From Parcubacteria group bacterium LiPW_15 (lineage in GTDB: Bacteria; Patescibacteriota; Minisyncoccia; UBA6257; 2-01-FULL-56-20), in contig VMER01000001.1 of NCBI GenBank assembly GCA_007375645.1, forward strand, positions 273,211-337,210: DNA of 64,000 nt, given 5' to 3'. The position numbers and the translations under genes are program-made. Shown piece by piece: positions 1 through 8,556 of the stretch. Position 1 is the stretch's first letter. Every line of letters starts with the position of its first letter. Under the pieces are notes generated by a model, which did no database searches, was not told the origin of the DNA, and saw nothing but the letters and a program-made list of their open reading frames with translations.

Positions 1-64
1 TAGCCCTGCTCACACTCATTCGCAAGCATTGTAGCATGGCATCCCCCAAAATGTCAAAGGCCAC

Positions 65-712
65 TTAGGAAGAAGCGATTGGCTGGTCCTCGACCGGCTC
101 CTGCTTCTTAAACACAATGAACTTATACCCCAGGAAATTCCAAATGAAGGATGCGAATATTCCGCAAAGGACGGCAAAATTTGCCCAAAGATTGACCGCG
201 ACCGCTTCGCCCCGCGCCCCGTTAACCAGCGTTGCCACACCGACATTAACCAGGAGCCCGATTCCGGCAATAATATAAAATTGGATCGCCTGCTTGGTCG
301 CATCCCCTCCCTTGGAATCAAAAGTCCAAAACTTGTTCCAAAAAAAGCTGTTGGTCGTGGCAAACAAAAAGGAAATCGCTTTAAAGATCGAGAAAGCGAT
401 TCCTGTGGCAACTCCAAATATCGCGATCAAAAGATTTACGACTCCAAAATCTATGAAACTATTTAAGGTTCCCACCGCCGCGAACTTCGCGAACTGATAG
501 ACAACCTTTATCCAGCGGCCGATAAATGCGGCTACAAAAAGCGCGATTGGCGCAAGGATAGTGAAAAACACAAAAGCTAAAACTCTTGTTTTTACATCGA
601 TCGCTAACCCGAAACTTACGATAGTTTCCGCCAAAGTGGAAATCATCGGCTGGATCAAAAGACCCACCGCCGCGCCGATTATCAAACCCAACAATCCGTC
701 TTTCTTTGCCAT
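65..712 (-). CDS. GtrA-family polysaccharide-synthesis membrane protein; appears to be two tandem GtrA-like halves
   Basis: 215-aa multi-TM ORF with the GtrA-like motif NKFWTF and two similar hydrophobic halves. Confidence 0.55.
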   Translation of the reverse strand: MAKKDGLLGLIIGAAVGLLIQPMISTLAETIVSFGLAIDVKTRVLAFVFFTILAPIALFVAAFIGRWIKVVYQFAKFAAVGTLNSFIDFGVVNLLIAIFGVATGIAFSIFKAISFLFATTNSFFWNKFWTFDSKGGDATKQAIQFYIIAGIGLLVNVGVATLVNGARGEAVAVNLWANFAVLCGIFASFIWNFLGYKFIVFKKQEPVEDQPIASS

Positions 713-727
713 AGTGTTAATAATGAT

Positions 728-1453
728 TTATTTTACCGAACTAATGATTTTTGCGAATTCCTTGGGATCCAAACTCGCGCCACCGACAAGGGCGCCGTCG
801 ATTCCCTTTTGTGAAATAAATTTCTTCGCATTCTTCGCCGTGACCGATCCGCCGTAAATTACCCTTACCGGCCCGCCTGTCGGCGAGACAGACAGGAGTG
901 ATCTAATAAAATCTGCCATCGCTATTGCATCCGCCGGCTTATCCGTCCGGCCGGTGCCGATCGCCCAAATGGGTTCGTAGGCTACAATTATGTCTTTCAA
1001 AAACTTTTTCTTCACTCCGAAGAGCGCGGATTTCATTTGCGCACGCACGAAATTTTTGGCCGAGGTTATTCCTTTTTTTCTGACGTCTTCACCCTCCCCT
1101 ACGCAAAGAATAACTTTTAGCCCGGATGCAAGCGCGGTCTTTAGCTTTTTACCGACGATCTCGTTCGTATCGCCTAAAGCACGCCTTTCCGAATGTCCGA
1201 TGAGCGCGTATTTAACCCCGAAATTTTTAAGCATTTGGGCAGACACCTCTCCCGTATACGCTCCTCCCGAACGCAAGTTCTCCCAAAAAACATCCTGCGC
1301 GCCCAAGATCGTGTCTTTGCGTCCCGAAAATAATGGGATGTGTAAAAATGACGGAAACATAACAACCTCCGCCCCGCTCGTAGGTTTAAACTTTGCCCAA
1401 GCCCTAAGATCGGGCTCATGCATCTTAAAATTCGCCGCGATGAATTTCTTCAT
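728..1453 (-). CDS. tpiA: Triosephosphate isomerase
   Basis: 241 aa; N-terminal KFIAANFKMH and catalytic AYEPIWAIGTG motif are classic TIM. Confidence 0.92.
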   Translation of the reverse strand: MKKFIAANFKMHEPDLRAWAKFKPTSGAEVVMFPSFLHIPLFSGRKDTILGAQDVFWENLRSGGAYTGEVSAQMLKNFGVKYALIGHSERRALGDTNEIVGKKLKTALASGLKVILCVGEGEDVRKKGITSAKNFVRAQMKSALFGVKKKFLKDIIVAYEPIWAIGTGRTDKPADAIAMADFIRSLLSVSPTGGPVRVIYGGSVTAKNAKKFISQKGIDGALVGGASLDPKEFAKIISSVK

Positions 1454-1503
1454 ATCTCATAAGAATAACATAAATGGCCCCGCCTTGCGGCGGAGCCATG
1501 GAA

Positions 1504-1803
1504 CTAGTTCTTGAAACGAATCCTGTTCTTGAACCTCACCTGAGCGGTGGTCTGAAGGTCCGGAACCGCGAAAATGACCAGCTTCCTTTCCCGTTTCCGA
1601 TAGACTCGAAGCCACCTCTCCAGGTATTTGGCTTCCACCTGCACGACATACATCGCCGCGGCCGGAGAAAGGTCGGAAGGAACTAACCTCACCTTGGGCT
1701 TCCGGCCCTCATACCTTTTGGGCAGAGACTCCAGAATCTCTTTCCGCTTTTCTTCCGGGAGTTCTTCGCCCGAAATCACAATGATCGTTCTTTCTTTGCT
1801 CAC
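1504..1803 (-). CDS. Hypothetical basic 99-aa protein
   Basis: ORF only; no motif recognised. Confidence 0.35.
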   Translation of the reverse strand: MSKERTIIVISGEELPEEKRKEILESLPKRYEGRKPKVRLVPSDLSPAAAMYVVQVEAKYLERWLRVYRKRERKLVIFAVPDLQTTAQVRFKNRIRFKN

Positions 1804-2144
1804 TGGGGTCCCCCTTACTATGGAACTGGCTGGATTATATAAGATTTTTTTAAAGAAGTCAACAAAAAACTCGTGTTATTAAGCCCTCATGGAAACTTCT
1901 GGTTCGAGAGAAGTCATCGGAGCCGCTTGAAGCTCGGTCATTTACAGAGTAAATGTTCAAGCGGCGAGATACAGTCGCGCCCCGATGCTGGAATCGGGGC
2001 GACGACGGTTCTCGAAAATCAGAAGTTGTAATCCGTAGCGCCAGGGGGCAGAAGCAAAGCTTCTGCACTTCCACTATGTTTTGCAAAGCAAAACAAATTA
2101 TTGAAGGTCGGAATCTCACCGAGGTTCAATTCCCTAAAGCCAAT

Positions 2145-2176
2145 AAAAATACACCGCATCTGTGGTGTATTTTTAT
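2145..2176 (-). terminator. Intrinsic terminator hairpin immediately 3' of tRNA-Glu; stem ATACACC/GGTGTAT flanked by A-run and T-run (bidirectional)
   Basis: aaaaATACACCgcatctgtGGTGTATtttt seen in sequence. Confidence 0.55.
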
Positions 2177-2179
2177 TAG

Positions 2180-2250
2180 TAGCGCCAGGGGGAATTGAAC
2201 CCCCGTTCCCGCCGTGAGAGGGCGGTGTCCTACCACTAGACGATAGCGCC
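2180..2250 (-). tRNA. tRNA-Glu (anticodon CUC)
   Basis: Reverse complement GGCGCTATCGTCTAGTGGTAGGACACCGCCCTCTCACGGCGGGAACGGGGGTTCAATTCCCCCTGGCGCTA folds as a cloverleaf: 7-bp acceptor, TCTAGTGGTAGGACA D-arm typical of tRNA-Glu, anticodon loop CTCTCAC, T-loop GGTTCAATTCC. No encoded CCA. Confidence 0.85.
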
Positions 2251-2487
2251 GTTATTAAAAATTCTTTCCCTGGAAATTGCACTCGTTTTAAGGTGCACTT
2301 CTCTTGCCCTGGCTGCGGCTCTATTTTTACATTTTTCAGTGTAAATTGCTACCCAAGGTTTATAAAACTTAGTCGACTTTACGGCTCCAGAATTATGCTG
2401 AGTTAATCTGCTTTCTGGATTTCTAGAAATACCAATGTAGTGTCTCGGGAAGTTTTTACTCTTTAACACGTAAACCCAATATTCCAT
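2236..2487 (-). CDS. GIY-YIG nuclease-family protein (YhbQ-like). Its 3' end overlaps the tRNA-Glu 5' end by about 15 nt.
   Basis: YVYVLKS...HYIGIS...RLTQHNSG = GIY-YIG motifs; 83 aa. Confidence 0.7.
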   Translation of the reverse strand: MEYWVYVLKSKNFPRHYIGISRNPESRLTQHNSGAVKSTKFYKPWVAIYTEKCKNRAAARAREVHLKTSAISRERIFNNGAIV

Positions 2488-2565
2488 TTTTATTTAGCCA
2501 CTACCTGCCTGCCGGCAGGCAGGGACGATAGCGCCGTATTTAATTTTCAATTTTGAGCCTTCTTT

Positions 2566-3810
2566 TTAGAAGGACTTTATCTCTTCCACCACCTTATCGA
2601 GCTGCATCGCATGCGAGCCTTTCACCAACACTATATCACCTTTTTTCATAATGTCTTGGACCGCGGCCCCCACTTCGTCGGCCGTATCAAATTCGTAGAC
2701 ATTCCGCTTCGGCATTCCCGCCGCACGGGCTCCTTCGGCGATAAATTTAGCGCGCGGGCCTACGGCAAAAAGTATATCCGTAACCTTTGAAGCTATCGCC
2801 CCCACCTTTTCATGCGCCTGCATCGTGTATTTACCGATCTCAAGCATATCGCCCAAAACGGCAATGCGCCTCTTAGCGGGCATTTCCCGCAAAACATCAA
2901 GCGCCGCGTAAACGGACTGCGGACTCGCGTTGTAACAATCATCCAAAATGTAGGTGTACTTCACTCCCGGAATTATATTCATCCGGTGTTCGGCCGGCGC
3001 GTACTTTTCCAGTCCAGCGGAGATTTTAACCAAGTTGAGTCCGAAAATCAAACCCACTGCGGCTGCTGCGGCCGAAGCATATCCCTGCGTGCGGCCATAA
3101 GCGCCATCGAGCCTCACGGGCACAAAACTCCCGCCGTATTCTATCTTGAAAGAAACCCCGATCGGCCGCTCGCTTTCATGCCGCTCTTCAAACCCGGTGA
3201 CTCGGACCGCGGCTCCTTTTTCGAATCCGAAGGTAACAACGTGCGCGCGAGTACGCTCTTTCACGTCCATAACCGTCTCGTCATCGTAATTCAAAACCGC
3301 GAAACCTGCCGCCGGTAAAGACTCGATGAGTTTCGCTTTTTCCTTGGCCACCTCCTCCGGACCGCTATAGTGTTCCACATGCGCCGGTATCTCCCCCACC
3401 GTGGTGATAACGCTCACGTTTGGTTTGGCGATAGAAAGCAAGTATTTCATATCCCCCAGATTATCCACGCCGTATTCCAAAATCAATATCTCCGGATAAT
3501 CTTTTTTGAGAATAACATTCCAAAACGCTTTAAAAATAACTTTTGGCCAGAAAAACATCCCCTCGATCTTTTCATAATTTCCAAGGATCGTAAGCGGCAA
3601 GCCTAACTCGTTGTTGAAATTGGCGCGCGAATAGCGCACGGAACGTTCCCCTTCCAAAACCGAGGCTATCGCAAGCTTGGCGGAAGTCTTCCCCACGCTC
3701 CCGGTTATGCCGATTATGCCCGGCCTATAGCGCCAAATGGTTAACTTTGAAAGCTCTTTGAGCTTCCAGCGTAAAATTTTTAGTAAAGTTTCTTTGAGTT
3801 GTATTTTCAT
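2566..3810 (-). CDS. murF: UDP-MurNAc-tripeptide--D-Ala-D-Ala ligase (Mur ligase, MurF-type)
   Basis: P-loop GITGSVGKTS, NFNNELGLPLTIL and DDCYNASP motifs; sits in dcw cluster context. Confidence 0.8.
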   Translation of the reverse strand: MKIQLKETLLKILRWKLKELSKLTIWRYRPGIIGITGSVGKTSAKLAIASVLEGERSVRYSRANFNNELGLPLTILGNYEKIEGMFFWPKVIFKAFWNVILKKDYPEILILEYGVDNLGDMKYLLSIAKPNVSVITTVGEIPAHVEHYSGPEEVAKEKAKLIESLPAAGFAVLNYDDETVMDVKERTRAHVVTFGFEKGAAVRVTGFEERHESERPIGVSFKIEYGGSFVPVRLDGAYGRTQGYASAAAAAVGLIFGLNLVKISAGLEKYAPAEHRMNIIPGVKYTYILDDCYNASPQSVYAALDVLREMPAKRRIAVLGDMLEIGKYTMQAHEKVGAIASKVTDILFAVGPRAKFIAEGARAAGMPKRNVYEFDTADEVGAAVQDIMKKGDIVLVKGSHAMQLDKVVEEIKSF

Positions 3811-3824
3811 TGGAAATTAATCAT

Positions 3825-5441
3825 TTATTTGGTTATCCTATCCGGCGCGACATCGTAATAATGCAGAATAAACTGCCCCAGCTCTTTGAACGCCGGCACC
3901 ACCGTTGTTCCGGCGAGAAGTTCCTGCGGCAAATCATCTATTTTTATAAGCGCTACAAATTTTGGATCGACGGTCGGACCAAAACCGACATAAGTATCGA
4001 CAACTCTGTCGCTATAGCCTCCTTTTTTGAAATCCGGTATCTGCGCCGTACCTGTTTTTCCCGCAATGCTGAATCCGTCTATTTTCGCAACTCCGGCTTT
4101 GTCTACCGCGGAGACCATCATTTTAGTAACCGCTCTGGCGGTATCCGCGCTTATAACCTCGCGGATGAGCTGCGGTTCGGAATTCGCGTTCAGATACGGC
4201 CTCATCAATTTTCCCCCGTTTGCTATCGCGGAAACGGCATTTATAAGCTGTATCGGAGTCACGGAAACGCCCTGTCCGAATCCCGCGGTCGCGAAAGCGA
4301 TAGCCGGAGCTTTTGGAACCAAACGCGAAACATTTCCCTTGAGTTCTCCCGGAAGATCGATGTTTGCTTTTTCACCGAAACCAAATTTTTTAATATACGA
4401 TGTTAGAACCGACGAACCCATTGTTTTGACGGCAAACGCGGTACCGGTATTGAGCGACTGTTCAATAACATTGGTCATTGTAACCTTGCCGTGAGCCTTA
4501 AGATCCCAGTTGGATATTTTTTTTCCGCTGATAGTCACGCTCCCTGAATCGTAATAAGTCGTATCCGGGGTGATCTTCCCGGCATCTATTCCGGCAGCCA
4601 TCGTAAAAACTTTAAAGACCGAACCCGGCTCATAGACCGCTTCGGTTATCGGATTAGTGAAATTTTTAATACTGAAAGTGGAGTAAGTATTCGGATCGTA
4701 GTTCGGAAAACTGGCGGCAGCCAGGATCTTACCGGTATTCGGATCTTCGACTATCACACTGCCGCTCGGAGACCCCGTGTCCCGAATAAGTTTTTCCAAA
4801 GTCTGTTCCGCTTGCCGCTGGATGTTCGGATCTATGGTCAAAACCAGCCCTTCTCCGGAAGCAAGCTCGTTATTACTATCGGCTCCCGACAAAGAATTGT
4901 CGTAGAATTTTTCGAGTCCGTAACGGCCGACTTCTCCGTTCTTCTTGTCGTCCGGACCGACAAACCCGATCACCTGCGCCGCAGTGGTTCCGAAGGGATA
5001 AAACCTATCCGGAGATTGCTTCGCGTAAACCCCTTTAATATTGAGTTCCTGTATTTTGAAAACGGACTCATTGGGAGCTTTTTTAAATAATGATGAGTAT
5101 TGGCTCATTTTATCGGAAAGCTTTGCTTCCAGATCTTCCGCCGGAACGTTAAATGCCAGGGATAGCTGATGAGTCGTCTCCTGAATATCCTCGATTTCCT
5201 TCGGCACGGCATAGATCTCGTTAAAATCCTTATTTAAGGCCGCCGGAACCTTGCCCCCGTCTTTGTCCGCAAAATAAATTATCCCCCGGCGGGAGGCTTG
5301 TGAATTCGTAGCGCTGATCTGAGCTTCGGCCTGAGCAAGATACGAAGAGCCTTTGGTTATCTGCACCTCATAGAGGTGGAACAGCAAAAAGCCGTAACAC
5401 AAGGTTACGACCGCGATTAAAGATGCGAAGCGAGCGCCCAT
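3825..5441 (-). CDS. ftsI: Class B penicillin-binding protein / peptidoglycan transpeptidase (FtsI-like)
   Basis: N-terminal TM, SVFK (SxxK) and KTGTA (KTG) transpeptidase motifs; dcw context. Confidence 0.85.
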   Translation of the reverse strand: MGARFASLIAVVTLCYGFLLFHLYEVQITKGSSYLAQAEAQISATNSQASRRGIIYFADKDGGKVPAALNKDFNEIYAVPKEIEDIQETTHQLSLAFNVPAEDLEAKLSDKMSQYSSLFKKAPNESVFKIQELNIKGVYAKQSPDRFYPFGTTAAQVIGFVGPDDKKNGEVGRYGLEKFYDNSLSGADSNNELASGEGLVLTIDPNIQRQAEQTLEKLIRDTGSPSGSVIVEDPNTGKILAAASFPNYDPNTYSTFSIKNFTNPITEAVYEPGSVFKVFTMAAGIDAGKITPDTTYYDSGSVTISGKKISNWDLKAHGKVTMTNVIEQSLNTGTAFAVKTMGSSVLTSYIKKFGFGEKANIDLPGELKGNVSRLVPKAPAIAFATAGFGQGVSVTPIQLINAVSAIANGGKLMRPYLNANSEPQLIREVISADTARAVTKMMVSAVDKAGVAKIDGFSIAGKTGTAQIPDFKKGGYSDRVVDTYVGFGPTVDPKFVALIKIDDLPQELLAGTTVVPAFKELGQFILHYYDVAPDRITK

Positions 5442-5728
5442 TGGTTAGTTTCGAGGTAGCTTGGTTTGTTTTCTTTAACCAATCCCCGATCTTTAGCCAA
5501 AACCTCGACTTTGCTTGGATCAAATATTTTAAAAAGTTGGTCTTTAAGCTCGGCGCTTTGCACGCCCAGTTTTTGTGTTTCCGCCCTCATATCGGATATT
5601 CCGTGTCGTAAATTTACCATCTGATTATACACTGCGATCAGATAAATAAAACCGAAAACCAGAAGCGCTCCAAAAATTATAAGAAGGATGTTCGAGATAT
5701 TTTGTTTTTCGGATCTTACAAATGTCAT
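5417..5728 (-). CDS. ftsL: FtsL/FtsB-like septum formation initiator (single TM + coiled coil)
   Basis: 103 aa with one TM then coiled coil; position between rsmH and ftsI. Confidence 0.6.
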   Translation of the reverse strand: MTFVRSEKQNISNILLIIFGALLVFGFIYLIAVYNQMVNLRHGISDMRAETQKLGVQSAELKDQLFKIFDPSKVEVLAKDRGLVKENKPSYLETNQWALASHL

Positions 5729-5729
5729 T

Positions 5730-6602
5730 TTATATAATTTTTATGGCTCGAAGTTTTGCGGAGCGGCTGCGTGGATTGATCTTTGTCTCTTCCCTTGAGG
5801 CAACTATCGGTTTTTTGTTTAAAAGTTCTGCGAACTTACCGCGGCTCAGCTCCCTGAACTTCTCCTTAACTATTCTGTCTTCAAGCGAGTGGAAAGAAAT
5901 TATCGCGACCCTTCCACCCGAGGCGACTATGTCTTTTAGGTCTCCCAGTATCTTTTCCAAATTCTCCAGTTCGTGATTCGCGTATATTCGAAGCGCCTGG
6001 AAAGTTCTGGTTGCGGGATCCATTCTGCGGCCCTCATAACCCCTCGGCAAACTCTTTCTCACTACTTCCGCAAGACGTCCGGCGGTTTCTATTTTCCCCG
6101 CCGACTTTATCGCTCTGGCGATTCGCCTCGAGTATCTTTCTTCGCCGAATTTGTAGATTATGTCCGCCAGCGCGTCTTCCCGTGTCCGCCTCAAAATTTC
6201 TTTGACCGGCACATCGTCTTTATCGAAAGTCATAAGGAGCGGCTCATCTCTCGCCTCCTCGGCGAAACTGAATCCCCTGCCGGAGACAAGTTGTTCCGAA
6301 GAGAACCCGAGATCCAAGAGAAGCGCGTCCGCTTTCCCCAGCTTTTGGACGGAAAGTATTTCTCTTAGGTCGGCGTAATTGCCATGCCTTAAGATCACAT
6401 TCTTCCCTCCAAGGCGTTTCTTGGTTTCGGAGAGTATTTGTTCGTCGAGATCCAAACCTAAGATTTTTCCTTTGGCTCCGACCAGAGGCAAAAGTGCCTC
6501 CGCGTGTCCTCCTCCGTCCACCGTCCCATCAACCACAAAGTCTCCGGGGACGACAGAAAGCGCATTTTTTACTTCTTCTAAAAGAACTGGAATGTGAGCC
6601 AT
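5730..6602 (-). CDS. rsmH: 16S rRNA (cytosine1402-N4)-methyltransferase RsmH (MraW)
   Basis: MAHIPVLLEEV...DGTVDGGGHAEALL N-terminus and SAM-binding region; follows mraZ. Confidence 0.9.
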   Translation of the reverse strand: MAHIPVLLEEVKNALSVVPGDFVVDGTVDGGGHAEALLPLVGAKGKILGLDLDEQILSETKKRLGGKNVILRHGNYADLREILSVQKLGKADALLLDLGFSSEQLVSGRGFSFAEEARDEPLLMTFDKDDVPVKEILRRTREDALADIIYKFGEERYSRRIARAIKSAGKIETAGRLAEVVRKSLPRGYEGRRMDPATRTFQALRIYANHELENLEKILGDLKDIVASGGRVAIISFHSLEDRIVKEKFRELSRGKFAELLNKKPIVASREETKINPRSRSAKLRAIKII

Positions 6603-6603
6603 C

Positions 6604-7035
6604 TTAGATTCCCAATTGGCCCAGCTGTTCGGCTATTTCTTCGGAGGCGCCTTCGGTCTTGGCTTTATACTTTTCCCAAGCATCGGCGTCCCAAAGTTCT
6701 ACCCGGCTGTAAAGACCGGCTACCACAACTTGTTTTTTAAGATCTGCGAATTTTTTTAAATATTCCGGGACGAGTATCCTCCCTTGTTTGTCCAATTCCA
6801 CATCCGTGGCTCCGGCGAGCATCAAACGAACGAATGCTCTGGAGTTTGATTGAGAGAGCGGAAGAGCCGTTAATTTCGCAACGAGCTCCTGCCATTCTTT
6901 TTGGGCAAAAACAAAGAGACAATTATCCAGTCCCCTGGTTATGATGGCCCCGGCGGACAACTGCTCGCGAAACTTGGCCGGAACCGCTATCCGACCTTTT
7001 TGATCTATATTGTGTCTGTATTCGCCGAGCAGCAT
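6604..7035 (-). CDS. mraZ: Transcriptional regulator MraZ
   Basis: 143 aa, N-terminus MLLGEYRHNIDQKGRIAVPAKFR is typical MraZ. Confidence 0.9.
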   Translation of the reverse strand: MLLGEYRHNIDQKGRIAVPAKFREQLSAGAIITRGLDNCLFVFAQKEWQELVAKLTALPLSQSNSRAFVRLMLAGATDVELDKQGRILVPEYLKKFADLKKQVVVAGLYSRVELWDADAWEKYKAKTEGASEEIAEQLGQLGI

Positions 7036-7089
7036 TGGATTTGGTTGGGTTAAATATAAATAGGGCTTTAAATATGGGGGTTTTGACTT

Positions 7090-7138
7090 ATCCCCAGAAG
7101 TGGGTGTTTATCCCCAAAGTTATCCACAATTCCCCACT
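7090..7138 (-). promoter_or_regulatory. Putative MraZ operator: four GTGGG-like repeats (GTGGGG, GTGGAT, TTGGGG, CTGGGG on the minus strand) phased at 10/20-bp spacing upstream of mraZ
   Basis: Plus strand tccccaGAAGTGGGTGTTTAtccccaAAGTTatccacAATTccccac; the repeat centres at 7092, 7112, 7122 and 7132 are in helical register. Established MraZ boxes are GTGGG direct repeats with 10-bp spacing. Confidence 0.55.
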
Positions 7139-7378
7139 TCCATCTTATTCTATTCCACTTCTGCCTACTGTCAAAATGTGCATATCTTTTGGTTTTCCAC
7201 CCAAGCACGCAAACTGGCCCTTAAAGGCACTGCCCGGTTCCCCACCCCGTAAAACTTTGCCGCGGGGCAAGGTGCAATTGCGAAATTTCGAGCTAAACAT
7301 TATAGTTTCTTGGTGAGAACGGACGATTAGCCCTGCCTGCCGGCAGACAAGTCAGTTGGTTAGAGCGCTGCATTTTCA

Positions 7379-7489
7379 CCCGCCCACCAATTAACGGACC
7401 CATAGCTCAGTGGTAGAGCGTTCCGTTCACATCGGAAAGGCCACAGGTCCGATCCCTGTTGGGTCCACATCGCAGAATTGGTGGGCGGG
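7379..7489. repeat. Perfect 14-bp inverted repeat (cccgcccaccaatt / aattggtgggcggg) bracketing tRNA-Val
   Basis: Seen directly at 7379-7392 and 7476-7489. Confidence 0.8.
7396..7467 (+). tRNA. tRNA-Val (anticodon CAC)
   Basis: GGACCCATAGCTCAGTGGTAGAGCGTTCCGTTCACATCGGAAAGGCCACAGGTCCGATCCCTGTTGGGTCCA; perfect 7-bp acceptor stem, anticodon loop TTCACAT, T-arm ACAGG/CCTGT. Confidence 0.85.
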
Positions 7490-7623
7490 CAAGTTGCAAG
7501 GGTCATACCTGCCTGCCGGTAGGCAGGGGTTCGATCCCTACAGGGTGCACAAACAGAAATTCAAAAGGTAGGGCGGGCAAGTCGGAAAGGTCACGGGTCC
7601 GACTTCCGATATTCGACAACATT

Positions 7624-8040
7624 ATGGAAATAAAAAATAAACTTATTGAACTTGATCTTAATTCTGAAAATACAGTTGTTATCGGTTCTGGTATTTTGAA
7701 CGCTTTAAATCTTCGAGAAAACAAAGATATTGATGTTGTCGTAACTGAAGAAAAATATAAGGAACTTTCTGACAACAGTCGTTTCAGAAAAGAGCAAAAT
7801 CATGGTCGAGAAATTTTGAATGATGACCTATTTGAAATTGGAACGAGTTGGACTGTTGTCGGGGAAAATTGGAAATTTGATGATTTGCTAAATCATTCGA
7901 TAACAATAGACGGCGTTCGCTACAATACAGTTGAATTTCTGTTAGACGCGAAACGCCGTTGGATTGCAGATGGAGAAGGCCGCCAGAAAGATATTGACGA
8001 TGTTAAGCTAATGGAACAATATCTTTCTGGTCTAAAATAG
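7624..8040 (+). CDS. Small nucleotidyltransferase-domain protein (Pol-beta/MNT superfamily) in an AT-rich foreign-looking gene
   Basis: From MEIKNK...; motif GSGILNALNLRENKDIDVVV fits hG[GS]x9-13DhD. The ORF-track N-terminal extension (7459-) runs through tRNA-Val and is rejected. GC is markedly lower than the flanks. Confidence 0.6.
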   Translation: MEIKNKLIELDLNSENTVVIGSGILNALNLRENKDIDVVVTEEKYKELSDNSRFRKEQNHGREILNDDLFEIGTSWTVVGENWKFDDLLNHSITIDGVRYNTVEFLLDAKRRWIADGEGRQKDIDDVKLMEQYLSGLK

Positions 8041-8092
8041 TTAACCGTCATTTTTTCAAAACAGAGAACGAATCCATCACATCACCAAAAAC

Positions 8093-8121
8093 AAAAATAC
8101 CGCTCCCGCGGTATTTTTTTC
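8093..8121. terminator. Bidirectional intrinsic terminator (ATACCGC tccc GCGGTAT + T6; A-run on the other side)
   Basis: aaaaATACCGCtcccGCGGTATtttttt seen in sequence. Confidence 0.6.
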
Positions 8122-8133
8122 TTACGCTTCTTT

Positions 8134-8529
8134 TTACTTCTCGATCATCCCCAGCGTCTCCTTAACTTTTCTGACCACATCTTCAATTTTCCAATCGGCC
8201 TTCACTAAATAATAGGAGGGTTCTTCTTCGGAAACTTCCCCGCTTATTTTATCGTTTGCGGAAAGATTCGTAAGAATTATCATGGGGACTTTCTTGCCAT
8301 AATCCGAAGACTGCCTTAGTTCGTGCATCATCTGCAATCCTGTTTTTTTCGGCATTATAAGATCTAGGAGTATCAGATCCGGCTTTTCAGCTAGCGCGAC
8401 CTTAAGTCCGTCCTCCCCATTCTCTGCTCTCAACACGCCGAAACCTTCACCCGCGAATTTATTCGTGAGAGCTTTGAGAACCGATCTTTCATCTTCGACT
8501 ATCAACAATATTTTTTTATCTTCCGCCAT
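8134..8529 (-). CDS. Single-domain response regulator (CheY-like receiver only)
   Basis: LLIVEDE...PDLILLDLIMPKKTG receiver motifs; 131 aa, no output domain. Confidence 0.85.
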   Translation of the reverse strand: MAEDKKILLIVEDERSVLKALTNKFAGEGFGVLRAENGEDGLKVALAEKPDLILLDLIMPKKTGLQMMHELRQSSDYGKKVPMIILTNLSANDKISGEVSEEEPSYYLVKADWKIEDVVRKVKETLGMIEK

Positions 8530-8556
8530 GTTGTTTCTTATTATAGATTATCTTAT

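Noticed and set aside
7490-7560. Possible additional tRNA (T-loop-like GGTTCGATCCC)
   Set aside because: No acceptor stem or anticodon arm can be folded. It is treated as a tRNA-derived fragment inside the palindrome-containing repeat.
7459-7623. N-terminal 55 codons of the ORF-track gene 7459..8040
   Set aside because: This extension reads through tRNA-Val and the tRNA-like fragments, and is GC-rich unlike the AT-rich gene body. The real start is the ATG at 7624 (MEIKNK).
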